A stretch of 64,000 nt of DNA from positions 390,677 to 454,676 of the forward strand of contig NMRA01000006.1 of NCBI GenBank assembly GCA_002633005.1, written 5' to 3'. Below, in pieces: positions 24,601-37,090 of the stretch. Under the pieces are notes generated by a model. The model saw only the letters and a program-made list of their open reading frames with translations. It was not told where the DNA came from and did no database searches. Each line of letters starts with the position of its first letter. Position 1 is the stretch's first letter. Origin of the DNA: Phoronis australis. Taxonomy: Eukaryota > Animalia > Phoronida. Both the position numbers and the translations under genes were made by a program.

Positions 24601-27113
24601 ATGCATAGTTGCCAAAGTATCCATCTGGGACATCTGAATCTGGTATGCAGCATGGGCGGAAAATGTCTTCGTAACTCCCAGAGACAAAATGCTGGTGGCG
24701 TTTTCTAATCGTTCCTGTTGTATGGAATATAAAAATGGGAAACAGTGTGGAAAATTACAAAACCAAATAAGGGCTTGAGTACTATGTGCAATCATCACAT
24801 ATATCAGAATGTGATGTTGCTGATGCTGGACAAAGCTTCAAAAAAAAAAACGGAAGGTCTTGCCAAACGCACGAAAGAGCAGGCAATTATGTTCATGTCA
24901 GTTTTTATGATGGACTTATGCAGGCCTTATCAAGTACAGTCAATCAAAGTTACTGTAATGCATTAAGGTTTTGCATGACCCTCGAAAAATAGCCAAAATT
25001 GGCAAACTTTGGAACATCGAATCTCTGAAATGGCAGAGTGGATTCATATAAAATTTCAGACACCTTACCTTATGCAGTTCTCCAAACTGCTGGAAAGGTT
25101 TTTTAGTTTTCCACTTTTGCACGAGTGACTATCAAAAGTANGCAAAACCAAATAAGGGCTTGAGTACTATGTGCAATCATCACATATATCAGAATGTGAT
25201 GTTGCTGATGCTGGACAAAGCTTCAAAAAAAAAAATGGAAGGTCTTGCCAAACGCATGAAAGAGCAGGCAATTATGCTCATGTCAGTTTTTATGATGGAC
25301 TGCTTTATAGCAGATTGTTCATACATGCAGGCCTTATCAAGTACAGTCAATCAAAGTTACTGTAATGCATTAAGGTTTTGCATGACCCTCGAAAAATAGC
25401 CAAAATTGGCAAACTTTGGAACATCGAATCTCTGAAATGGCAGAGTGGATTCATATAAAATTTCAGACACCTTACCTTATGCAGTTCTCCAAACTGCTGG
25501 AAAGGTTTTTTAGTTTTCCACTTTTGCACGAGTGACTATCAAAAGTAGGACTTTACGGTTTTTCTAAAAAAAAGTGGCATCTAACAAAAATGAAATGACA
25601 GAAAAAGACGTAACTGAGATTTCACCTTATATATTTCTATCAAACAAAATTTTGTTATGTTACTGATATTCTTGTTTTACTACGGATTCACTTCTGTTTT
25701 TTGCTAAATTTTACAAAAACACGGTCACATGATCCAATTAATAAGAGATTGCCATAAAGTCAAAAATAAAATTCTACTGAAATAAAATTCTACTGCCTTT
25801 TTACTTTCAGAATATATATACTTTTTGAGTTAGGATCTATAGTTTTATAGACATTTGGCTAAATTTTCTGACCATTCGATAAGGTTCCACATAATCTTAA
25901 CTGTAATTTTTTTGCTATAACTGAGGCAACGCAGAATATTGTTTAGATTGTGATTCGCAATTTGCAGTGATCAATTTGCAGTGATCAATTTGCAGTGATC
26001 AATAGCCCCGAGTTGAAGAAGCATAATAACATCTGGGTGTGTCCGAAGTCTACTCATGTCAGCACAAGGTTCCTGTTTGTGTACGTATCTTATTTTAGTA
26101 TTGTCTCATGAGTCTTTGTAGTTTGCAGTGTAGCTTGGGGTTCTTGAAGATGATAAAACAACCATGAGCATTGTGTGGAAAACCCTCTTTCACTGCCTAA
26201 GGCGCCTTTTGCCAACTTACCCATTTACTGCCTAATGTGCTGATCGGCGAGCTGGGTACTTGACCATTCTTGACTGACTAAATCCTGACCTCCATAAAAG
26301 AGAACTATGTCATCGAATTTTACGATGAGTTTAATGCCAAGTTACGAATGAAAGTCGCGTATTTTCCCAGTTTCCTTTGACAAAATTGCTGCTAACTTAC
26401 CTGTCAAATTGTGTTTGATGCGATGACCTGTAGAATGTCCAATGGTGATGTTGAATTTTTAACTAAAATTCAAAACTAGACATGGGCCCTGAACGAGCTT
26501 GAAATGTCAGTCGAGATATGTTCCAGGCAGGTATAGACCGTTTAAGGTCTGCCTCAAAATATGTTATAAAAGTTTCATAACTACCCAACAACAACAATTT
26601 TTGAGAATTTGTTGCAATTGAGACACATTTTCTACATTTCTTCAAAATTTAACTGGTACTTCTTGAGAAATGCACTTAAAAAATTGTCAGTGAAAAAGTC
26701 ATTATTCAATCTATGATTTATGAATCTCAAAACGCGTGGATTATTCAAGATGTCTGTAGTAACATGTTTTTTTTTTCAGTACAGTAAAATGAGAAATAAT
26801 TACAACTTGACAACTGTTTGATAAAATTATAACTTTTAAAATTCACACATCCTGAGGCAGCAGACGTGGCTAAGCTCTGGGTGGCCTTCTGCCCAAAGCG
26901 GCACACCTGGACGTTATGGGACAATTTGGTTACCGTGTGACAAATGCTTGTAAAACATTGATTTGCTTATACGCTAATATCAAATCTCTATATTTGTAAG
27001 ATGTTATGTTTGTTTATACTTTCAGTTATGAGAATGGTTGCGTCGGTGGTTTTAATGTAAACACAGCAGTAAAAAGCATCCATGAGGAAATATTCAAGGC
27101 GATTCGTCAGTGA
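12690..27113 (+). CDS. PARP6: PARP6/PARP8-like mono-ADP-ribosyltransferase (~686 aa). Coding exons 12690-13248 (frameshift at 12954-12956), 13708-13869, 14867-14957, 15759-15825, 16423-16510, 17124-17219, 17578-17670, 17962-18087, 20453-20586, 21287-21335, 21723-21835, 22378-22450, 23360-23545, 24025-24076, 25996-26080, 27026-27113
   Basis: Phase-consistent spliced translation gives AWKFSREEPLIVRVSLSLSRYLDG, QRLPTLNKHCVICDQTH, PSVCNRELCVF, WVISSNRSHIVKL, FAFHGSRMENWHSILRQGLINAS, LHGSVHGRGIYLSP, CIALCEVI and NIWVCP...TRFLFVYENG. These are PARP6/8 hallmarks, with the H-Y-I triad. PARP6 versus PARP8 cannot be separated (probable co-ortholog). Confidence 0.92.
13548..13578. repeat. (GC)n(AC)n alternating purine-pyrimidine microsatellite
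   Basis: gcgcgcgcgcacacacacacacacacacac. Confidence 0.9.
14314..14653 (+). mobile_element. TTAA-flanked MITE (Kolobok-like), full-length copy
   Basis: ttaa-aaggatac ... gtatcctt-tttaa termini; internal sequence is shared with copies at ~4872, 15976, 27526 and 39415. Confidence 0.75.
15976..16190 (+). mobile_element. Partial copy of the TTAA MITE family
   Basis: ttaaaagaacaccaaaccctatttt...gctaatgcat...actccctgtgtcacagattggac...gggtggt. Confidence 0.65.
19971..20322. mobile_element. MITE with ~45-bp imperfect terminal inverted repeats
   Basis: Left ctttttacttgaaactgaactcaaaatt versus right aatttcaagttcggtttcaggtaaaaag. Confidence 0.6.
24758..25547. repeat. ~390-bp tandem duplicate either side of a single N (25141); probable haplotype or contig-join artefact
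   Basis: 24758-25140 is repeated at 25143-25547 with a few SNPs and a ~22-nt indel. Confidence 0.85.
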
Positions 27114-27525
27114 TGCATGATGTACTAGAGATTTCCCACGGGCTCGTTGGGAAAGGTCTATAGTTTCCCAAAGGGATTTTGCATCCAAAAACACTCAGGG
27201 GATTCTTTGTGAAGAAAGTAGTGGAGATCCTTTTGAACTTGTAGTGCTCAAGGCAATACCCTGATCAGTCACGGACTCAAAATGGGCTTTACTTTCCCAG
27301 TAATTTAGCCACTAATTAGGAAATTTTAGCGACACCTTGTTTGCCATGTTGCCTCCATTTTCCTTAGACTGTGCCAGGGATGCTATTAAAAAGAGACCCT
27401 ATAGTGGGGGGTCGTTTTCGGAAATTCCTGTTGTGCTGAAGTGTTAAAGTACCGTCATCAACCGTTACTACATTCCAAGTTCAAGCAATAATCTGTTTTC
27501 TGGACGGGTTCAAACTGTTTATTTT

Positions 27526-27890
27526 TTAAAAGGATACCAAAACCTTTTTGGCCTGTTAACAGATACTAAAAACAACTTTTTGATTCAGTTCTCTGAAACA
27601 AAACAAGGCTGTGTAACCCTCGACAACTCTTAAAAGTTTGGAGGAAAATTGTGAAAACTCCTTTCAAAGTCTGCTAAACGTGCAAGCGTGTCCTACGCTT
27701 TTTGTGAATTACATGGCAACTGTGGGAAAGACCACCCATCGAGGTCCATAATTTCCAGTCTGTGGCACAGGCAGTATGGATTTTAGTTGATTTCTGCTTT
27801 TAACTCGGGAGATTGATGTTAGTGATGCATTCGGAGGTGATAGAAAGAGGATTGGTGGAAATCATCGAAACGGGGTTTAGCATCCTTGAA
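27526..27890 (-). mobile_element. TTAA MITE family copy (inverted), downstream of the PARP stop codon
   Basis: ttaaaaggatacc ... gggtttagcatccttgaa; reverse complement aligns with 14314-14653. Confidence 0.75.
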
Positions 27891-30800
27891 ATTTACTTTG
27901 AAGCAAAACTTTAAGACTGGAAGTTGCAAATTTTAGACACATGTAATGAATGCATTCACAAGTTGTGCAATATTCCTCTTATTAATTAATCGACATTTTA
28001 TGAACCTAACTTACAAAATTCAGCAATGAAATACTTGTATTCAGTCACCTATAGCATATGAATGTTATTACATTTTTTTAGTTCATGCTTTATGACGTTC
28101 TCATTTTGATACTACAAAGTTTTAACTTTTAACATTAATGCTTTTATTTATATGTATATTTTTGATTTTTATGCTTAAAAGTGTATTGTTGAAATATCTA
28201 AGTGAGGCCCTGTCTTCTATTGAATGAAATGAACTATTTGTATCGACTTGTATCGTTTCCAGGGAGGGTTATTCACAGTGGTGGCTCTGTTTTTGTTATA
28301 TTAGCTATGCACTGTATTTAGTGACAAGAGGGGTTTAATTAACCCGCTCACCCCTCGCAAATCCGCCACTTGACTGTTACTACAATGCACGTAAAATAAT
28401 TTGTTAAATGTTGAATGAAATGTACAGTGAAGTGGCATTGTCGGGGAAAAAACCTTTTTCCGAGATCAGTCCCAGCCCCGATTCACTTTGCATCAAAATG
28501 TTGTGTTGGCCGAGCTAAATCCCACTCATTGTACGTCAGAGTATTTCAAAGGTATTTAACTGGTAAAGTCACCGGCCTCAATTTCAGCGAATGAGTGGCA
28601 GATGATGGCGAGAACTGATTGATAATAAAATCATTAAAACACAATGGATGTTGTTGTTTGATAGCTCTGATCAAAGTTAATAGGACCATGCAGTATATTA
28701 GTCTTCGGCTAAAGCATGTTTTTTATCGCATTTTATCCTCTATAAAGTTTAAAAAAAGATAATAAAATTTTACACCTTCAACAATAATCCCAAAATTTTG
28801 CCAAAACTTGTTGAGTTACGACATTGTCCAGTGGATTTAAAAATACTGAACATCTGAGAGAATGTTTGCTGAGAGACAAATTGAAAGTTATGAATGTCTA
28901 ACTTAAACGTTTATTGCACATGCACAAACAATCATGACTAGTAAACTACTGCCACCTGTCTGCCTGTCAGATAACTAGAATAGTACTTAGTCTAGTAATT
29001 CTCCAACTATTAAGCAAGCAATATGACACATGAGACAAATATGTTTTTCTCTTGAAAAAGAATGATTCAGAATATTTTGGTCTCGAGTTAAAATCTAACG
29101 AATTGCGAACAAAAGCGATTACCAAAACTCGCCTTTTTCATTTTTCAGAAACTTGCAAACCATTGTCTGTAGGCAGCTATGGTGCACAACTTGAACGTGA
29201 CAACGCATTTTGGTGCTACGTTTCTTTTACTACAAGAAATGACCAAACAAAATTTCACTTGTACGCTGTATTCTATCCCAAATTGGTGAGATTTTGTCGT
29301 ATTATTAACTTGCGTTGTACTGTGAATGTCATAAAGACCACTTGGCAAGTTTACATTATTTCCAACAAGGTGATCACTTTTAAAAATACATGTAGACATG
29401 CGTCACTTTTGCCAATTTGTTTTGGCCGAAGTAAGTCAAGATTTACTGTAATGGATTGCGATGTTATCTTTTTAGGACAATAACAGAAAGTAATGCAGAA
29501 TTCAACAAATTTTAAACTGAGTACCATCAATCACATCAATCAAAGCAGATTGAACCAACTTTCTGAACCCCCAGTGAATCCACTTTCAGAATGGAGAAAT
29601 CAATAAGTTACGAAGTTAACCTCTCAAAATTGTCAAATCCGGCATCTATGAACAACATATAGTCCTCCAAAGACTGACAACAGCACTTACTTTCATCATT
29701 TGGTCTCCCAAACATGGAGAGCAACAGTTGTTTTCCGCTTATTAGTAAGATTGACTCTGCACATCCCCTGGTGGTTCTGAGATTTTCAAATGTTGGCCCA
29801 CTCAATCGCAACATTCTGAATAATGACTTCTCCATTATGGTTAATTAGATTCAGTGGTTTTGAGTTAATTCAAATTTCAAAAGTAGAAACGTTGGCACAG
29901 AGACCTGAGACAACAAAATTTTGTGCACTGTTTACAAGGAAGCTGTTACAGCCAACTGCACGTATTTCTAATGAGTATTATGTGTGGTGCAGTTGACTAC
30001 AGTGAACAAAAAATTGCAATGACTTTCATTTCAGTCGTACACATGGCCCGTTGTTGTTGAGGGAGAGAAATAAACACTGAAACTAAATGGCTCGTCCCAA
30101 TGTTACAGGTGGGTAATATCACGTGGTTGGAAGAAATGATACGACCTGAGATTGAACCTGCTTGGGAATCGAAGCAACTGATCTTCACGTTGAAGAGAGC
30201 AACACTAGAAACATTTCTACGACACACGCCAAAAGCACTAACAGTGACTCGTAATTCCCAGCCACAACAGTTGAATTCATCATCGAGAGGCCTTCCCTCG
30301 TAACTGAGAATGATGGGAAATTAACGGGAAAAGTTGGTAAGGTGGCTACGCCATTCTGTAATTTTCGCAGACTCGAAACTCCCAAAAGATGGAGTTGTTG
30401 GAGTGGATAAAAGATTGCTGGCATGCATCAGTAATAAGACGCAAAATGTTAAAGTCAAACGCAGTACTTACGAGCAACACTCAGACGGTACGGGCAGTTC
30501 AAAACGCAATTACAATTTTGCCGCCATAAAACCTATTACAAGAAATTTTTGCTGTTTACAGACTTGGCCATCGTGACAGGGAAACGGTATTTTGTCTTAT
30601 TTTACTTTCGCGTGTACTGTACAATATCACAAAGGTACAAAATACCTCACTAATACACTTTACAATCATGCATACAGAGGGCATTGCTCGTCCTCAGCTA
30701 CGCAAGAAACCAGCTTCCTGCTGGCATCGCTCACGTGTTGTTACTAGATGGCAGCACACGAGCGGATTTCTTATCGGCAAGCTTTGAAGGCATGATCTTG

Positions 30801-31152
30801 GATTCTGCATGGCAACTGCGGAGGAATGTTAAAAAGAACGTCAGATTTCATTGTAGTAATGTAGCTTACCAATTTTGTTGTAATTCATTGTTAAGTTAAG
30901 ACACAATTGCCAATGAAATCAGAGGACAATTACAATGTAAATCATAAAAGAGAGCCCCCATGGAAAGCGGTGTAAACTGATGGGGTTACCCTCACTGTAA
31001 ATGTTCCATTAATAAGTAAATACATATTGATAAATAAATAAGAGATGTTTCACCCCGAAAACAGCAGAATTTCAACTACCATAAAGAACTCTAAAGGCAA
31101 CTTTAAGTTTTCCATTCTAAAATCAAGACAGCATAGTAAACATCTCACAAAC

Positions 31153-34100
31153 TTACGAGTAAAAGATGAATTCCGGGATCTGTCCGTCTTCAACAGATGT
31201 CCCGTTGTTGTTGCCAGCCGCATACGTGAACTGAAATGAGACTTTGCCATCGGAGAGAGATTCGTGCGTCACCTTTCGCAGACCTTTGGTCCCGTAAAAT
31301 GAGTCTGGTCCCTGAAATATGTTGTTGACGACATTTATGAAATTGGAAAGTACAAGTGAGTTACTATGGTAATCTGAAAACCAATCAGTTGGCGATGACT
31401 TTCAAACAGCGAAAAGAATTATAGCTAACTTTTTTGGCAAATGGCCAAATATTACTTGCCTATTAGTTGATTCTGTAAAATTTTGCACCAAATTTTGTTA
31501 AAAATAATCCCTGAAATTTTCACTTTCCTATTTACTAAAAGGCTGATTGTTGCGAATATTGAAAATATAATATATTCTACAACAGTTACTGTGATATAAC
31601 ACCAAGAGTAGACTTTTTATCAATCTTCCCTTTTATTGAGAAATTTTACAAAATAAAATTCCATGTTTCCACCAAAAGATGAAGAATTATAGAAACGTTA
31701 CTTAAAGTGACATTACCGGCGAGAAAAATAATTTTACAGAAATAGGCAGAAATGTAAAATCTAACATACTAACACCGCCGTAACAACCAAATGCTGAGCC
31801 TAATTCTGCTCATTGATTGTATTCAAATGGTAAAGACACACACCTTGCCCATTTTATTAGGGACATTACCACGCCCACATTCCTTGACACAAAATAAAAA
31901 CAGGAAAACAACATCATTTACTGACAGGAAGCACAAGCCTATGATCCCACCCCTTCCTGTAGACCCCGTAGACAATGTCATAAAAAGACATGTCTTGACT
32001 GACCTTGAGCGTAGCGCAGGCCGTGTAGTTAGTGTTGGGCAGGACCTCCACTGGCTCCTTGAACATGACGCGGAATGTGGAGTTGGTGCCGTCGCATTGG
32101 AACACCAGGTCATTGTGGCCGCAAATCTTACCAGTGTCCGTGTGAATCACCTGCAACCAACACGACGAGTTCAAAGGTCATGAACAGGCCAAATGAATTG
32201 GTAAAAAAATGAATTGAAGAGCGGCACATGGTTTGTTGTTCCAATGGTGAAAGGCCAAGTGAAAGCTGTAAGGAGTGGTCTTTAGGTATGACTGTTACTT
32301 CTGGATAACCCTCCCCTTTTCACACAATGGCGATTGTATATTTTCATCTAATTTGGTGATCCTCACCCAACTCGAGTCATGAAATAACGCAAGTTAAAAC
32401 TTCTGGTTTTCTACGATCACACAATGTTTGAAAACGAGATCACATGTTTCGTCTTTGCTTAATAAAGCACCTCATTCTTCTTTTGTCTTAATTTGATGTC
32501 GAGCATCCGCCCAGCTGGGATTGTTACTCCTCTAAGGAAAAAATACTTGGTACCTCTCTAAACTGTTGTCAAGACAAAATGGATGTTATAGAAGATGGTG
32601 AAAAACATGGTTTTAAGAAGATAGATAAAGTCAGTACATGACATTATGTATACCAATAGTTACACAAAAGATAGTTTTCCCCGTCTTGATAAGTAATGAC
32701 AACATGTCTCATCATTCCAGCTGCAGTGACCTTGAACTCAACTGACACTCAGATGTCACGAAGTGGACTTCCGTTCGTTCTCAGATGTCACGGCGAGAAC
32801 TTCTGGGGTAATTTTGCCTCATAATTCCAGGCATGTACTGCACAAACAGAGCAACATCACAGTTCAAGTTTCAACCTACCTGAATAAAACATTCGTAATC
32901 TGTTGGTCCATGAATACTGCCATATAAGCCAAAACCAACAAGAAGTATCCTGCGGTTCACCATAAATCTACAAAGAAATGAACAGTGTTTAATAAGATAA
33001 ACAAAATCACCTTGAAAAACTGGAGATAGAATTTTTCATCTTTTGCTGTGACTGGTTCCTTACTTGCCATCACAACGAATTATATTTGAATTTACAAAGT
33101 TTGGTAATAGAATGATACAATGGTATTACTGAAGCATGTATCTTTAAAACTTTAAATTTGGGAACGTAAAAAAACAAGGTTCTGAAAATAAAGCGGTATT
33201 AACTCCGATTTTAACACAAAAGCATTTAGTTATAAAGACTTTCACAGAACAAAAACGCCCAGCTTTTTTGATGGCTCAGTTTGAGAAGTAGGGACTTAAA
33301 GTTTAACTGTGAACTCCATTTATTTTGTCAGGACATTGTCAGAACATTACATACGGTCAAGGCTGGGTTCAACTCAAATGCTTGGTTATGTAGAGTAGGT
33401 CTATTGACGACAGCGTTAATCAGCTGATCAAAAAAAAGAGAACCATTGAAGCAAAACTCAATGTCACAAATTTCGTACAGTTGGGGGAATTAGAAGCACC
33501 ATAACAAGAAGAAGAACCACAACGATAATAAATTGTGACAATTTGTATCTTTGCACATGGGCACTCCACATTCCTGCCTACTACTTCCGCCTTGCCACCG
33601 TTTTTGAGCTGTGAGTGTGTAAGTGGCCACTTGACACCAATCATCTTGCACCGTGTCAAAAGCTAATGCCTAAACAGTACCATATATGGAGAAAAATTGT
33701 GTACACTAAAAATTCTTCAGTTTGGAACAAAGATAATTGGCCAATTGCCACATTCCTATATTTCAGAGGCTCACCAAATTGTTGTAAATGTCCACAACTT
33801 TACCAAATGTTGTTTGATAATAGCTACGCCATACAAACAACGCTAAAATCAAAAGTAAATTTTCCTGAAAAGTTATTTTTGTTGAGAGATTTAACAAAAT
33901 GAAATTTCCCCTGTCCGCCATATTGTGTCTCAAACTGAAGAATTTTTACCATACTCAAGACACTTCCAACCCACCTGATCCGATCACTTGTGCCACTGTA
34001 GCCCCACCTATGTTCAGTCTGGCAAAACCGCGACACCACCTGTTCTTTGCCAGTTAAGCAACAGCGGGGCGTGTCTGAGAAAGGCACGTCTGGTTTAGGG

Positions 34101-35224
34101 TTGACCGTGAAGTACAAAAACAACTTGACCACCTCACGATCGGTCAGTAGGCCCATCTGAGCTGGACCCACTGCGAACTCTTCCACACTCATAAGAGGAA
34201 AACGAATGAGATAGAGGGCACTACCAAGAACTTGTCGGCGGTTGTCCGGAGTGTCGGTCAGTCCCTGTCGATCGCACTCAGCCGACGCCCAATCGGTGAC
34301 CGATGCGAAGAGTCTGGATTCACGAATGCCCAATGTATCACGTTCAAGAACCACAGACAGCGTGTCCAGATCGATGTCAATAAATCCCTCTGCAGCTAAT
34401 GCCTCCGATGTGTTTTTATCAATGGTTTCCAGGCAAAGCTGAGCTAATTGATCTTCGTCAAATAAACGAGCTTGTGTCAGTAACATGAATGCATTCTCAC
34501 TGTTCAAATTGTTCTTGAGGAAATCAACGCAAGCTTTCTCCAAGGCAGGAATGGCGTATTTCTTGGCTGCGTATAGTGTGGTCATCACCGTCTCCGGCTC
34601 TATACTCAGCTCATCAGAGTAGACAAATTGTAAGAGATTCTTGAACGCTGCCGGCTCCACATCGGGTAACTCGACGTCGTCATTCGCCGTTGCCATGGCA
34701 CCGTTAAACATGGCGTCGAACACAGCGCTACTAATGGACAAGACAAACTTGTGTGCTGCAATACGCTCCACATTTGGCTCCTTGCCAACAATGAAATACA
34801 CATCACTCATCGTTTCGTATTTGTAAATAAACATGAGCCGCTCTTTTACCGTTGCCTTACAAGCCTGCCAGTTGTACTGAACATTGCCCTGCGGACTGTT
34901 ATGAGGGGGAGGTGCAGCTGCCGCTTCTATGTCATCACTGTGACCATGAAGAGCACTACCGTTGTTCGTAGCCAATACAAAGCCATTTCTAATGGCGCCT
35001 ATTGGTGCAGAGCTTGTCCAGCTACCTCTGATCTCGCTGCTTGTCGCGGGACTTGGCATCTGATTTGAGGGTGACACGAGCAACGATTGTGTTTCTGTAG
35101 GCTCCACGGTACCGATAGTGCTGGACTGTGAGGTCTCATTTGAACCTTGAGAACCACTCCTGCTTATGCTATGACCTCCAGAGACACCATTGGCCGTCGT
35201 TTGGAACGAGTCTCCACTGGCCAT
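31153..35224 (-). CDS. BTBD2: BTB/POZ domain-containing protein 1/2 (BTB-BACK-PHR, Cullin-3 adaptor; 547 aa). Exons 35224-33975, 32967-32880, 32150-32004, 31311-31153
   Basis: [94 protein letters not shown] and [20 protein letters not shown]. Canonical GT-AG introns with consistent phases. BTBD1/BTBD2 co-ortholog. Confidence 0.95.
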
Positions 35225-35434
35225 GTTAATGGCTGAAAACAAATGATCAACAAAAATTAAATTAAATTTCAAAGATGTTGTACTAAACTATATGTTCTGG
35301 GGTCAAAAAAAGAACTCTCTCTACAGGCTTATTTACAAATCTAAAGTAATGTTGTCCCTTTTTCATTCTTTGTTTTCATAAATTGAAATTAGTTACAATA
35401 AAGCGCCTGGAACACCTCACAAAAACATAATGAC

Positions 35435-35594
35435 ATTGGCAGATCCAGGATTTTTAAAACGGAGGGGGTCGAATTAAGGAATTTTTTGAAATTGGGGTCC
35501 AAGTCAACAATTTGAAAATTGTAGATTTAACATCACTAAATCAAGGGAAAAGGGGGGGGGGTTTGGACCCCCTTGACCCCTGGATCTGCCTATG
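35435..35594. mobile_element. Short hAT-like MITE (CAGTGGCGGATC-type TIR)
   Basis: cattggcagatccagg ... cctggatctgcctatg inverted termini; related termini at 51398-51683 and about 28360-28372. Confidence 0.6.
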
Positions 35595-36912
35595 AATGAG
35601 CTTGGTCTGAAACAATAAACAATATTAATAATATTAATAATAATAATAATAATTCTCAAGCCTACAAATAATTCTTATCCTGAGACTGATTTCACAACTG
35701 TAAGTTGTCTCAAGCAAGGGGGGGTTAACATGGTACGGCTTGGAACGGTTTGGTCCTTACTCAACAGCCTGCCAATCACCAGTGTCTGGCAAACTCAGCT
35801 TTGGGACAAGAACATCTAGTTATTTTTCTAAATTCTGTAAGTTAAAAACATTCCTTGCATTTGATTCAAGAATACCTTCACTGAAGTGATGACTACAGCT
35901 ACAATTGACTTATAGTTGTAACGTATTTGACATGCCGAAAGTTTTGGAGAAGGGTACATAAGCCTACCAATTAGACCATCCATAACCATTCAGAGATATG
36001 ACTTTCTGAAGTTTTCCAAATTTAGGCATTTTTCTAGGGTACTACAATTAACCGATTAGTCACTATATTTCTCTTGTATTAGTGTGATTAGTCATCATTG
36101 CCAATGGCTATGCCTGCATGCGTGATTAAGTTACCGCCAGGATTCACTATAGAGACAGATCAGTTGGTCAGGTACGGCATATATTGGCATGGATATTAAC
36201 CCAATCAACAAAGTTAACCGTAACTGGAAAACAGCACTCAGAAACATCAGAAATGAGTCTCGAATCAAACTCAACTCAACGTCAAAGAACAATGTTGAAG
36301 AAAGTAGTTGACGAATCTGCAAAACTCGAAGCTTATTTTGCAGACTTTGGCAAGACATTTTAAGTTGAGCGGTAAAGTTTTAGGTTAGCTAATATTACCT
36401 TCAACATCAAAGGACGGCTCTTTCACGCACACAATTTTATGTTACCAAAAATTCAGAGCAGGGACCTAAATGCATTTTACACGAAGACTTCGCCAAAATT
36501 GAACAACCTTCTCATCCTCAACCATGTTGAATTATAGGGACACCTGGTGGCGGTTTTACGTTATTCGTGGTTTGTCGTGTGTAGTCTGCAGACTCGGTGA
36601 GGCTCAGTCGGGCAAGGACTCGGTATACATACACTGTTAAAGTCCTTGATACACTCAGACTCAGGCCTTGTCTCGGGTGGACGGCTTAGTCGCACTGCTG
36701 TGCGTGACTGAACTTGAAATCTTGCTTAATCTCAAGATCGCGTATTCATGAACTTGGAATACAGAAGGAAACTTAACAAGTTCACTCTAGGCTACTAATC
36801 ACGTTCATGTTGATAAAAATTTGTGCTGCACTAAATTAAATTACATCAAGTTAATAAAATAATGTAAATTTGAACTAATTCTTTTTCAACTATTGGTAAT
36901 CCGATTATTCAC

Positions 36913-37090
36913 CTAACATAATTTAACCATTCACACATTTCAGCGATTCTTTGACACAAGATACGCTAAAGGAGAAAATGGGGGATCGTGCGGCCAATAA
37001 TTACAAAAATTCTTTATACTGAACAAAAACACATGAGCCCATGAGCGCCACCTCTCTCACGAGCAACATGCGCACGTGTGAGTGTAATCA
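36913..37090 (-). promoter_or_regulatory. Probable BTBD1/2 non-coding first exon and core promoter
   Basis: Donor TAG|GTGAAT at 36913/36912 upstream of the acceptor at 35233; overlapping NRF1-like/E-box motif catgcgcacgtg at about 37067-37078. Confidence 0.4.

Noticed and set aside
24745-25529. Duplicated small ORFs suggesting a tandem gene pair
   Set aside because: Intronic near-identical duplicate centred on a single N, typical of an unmerged contig overlap; no recognisable coding signal.
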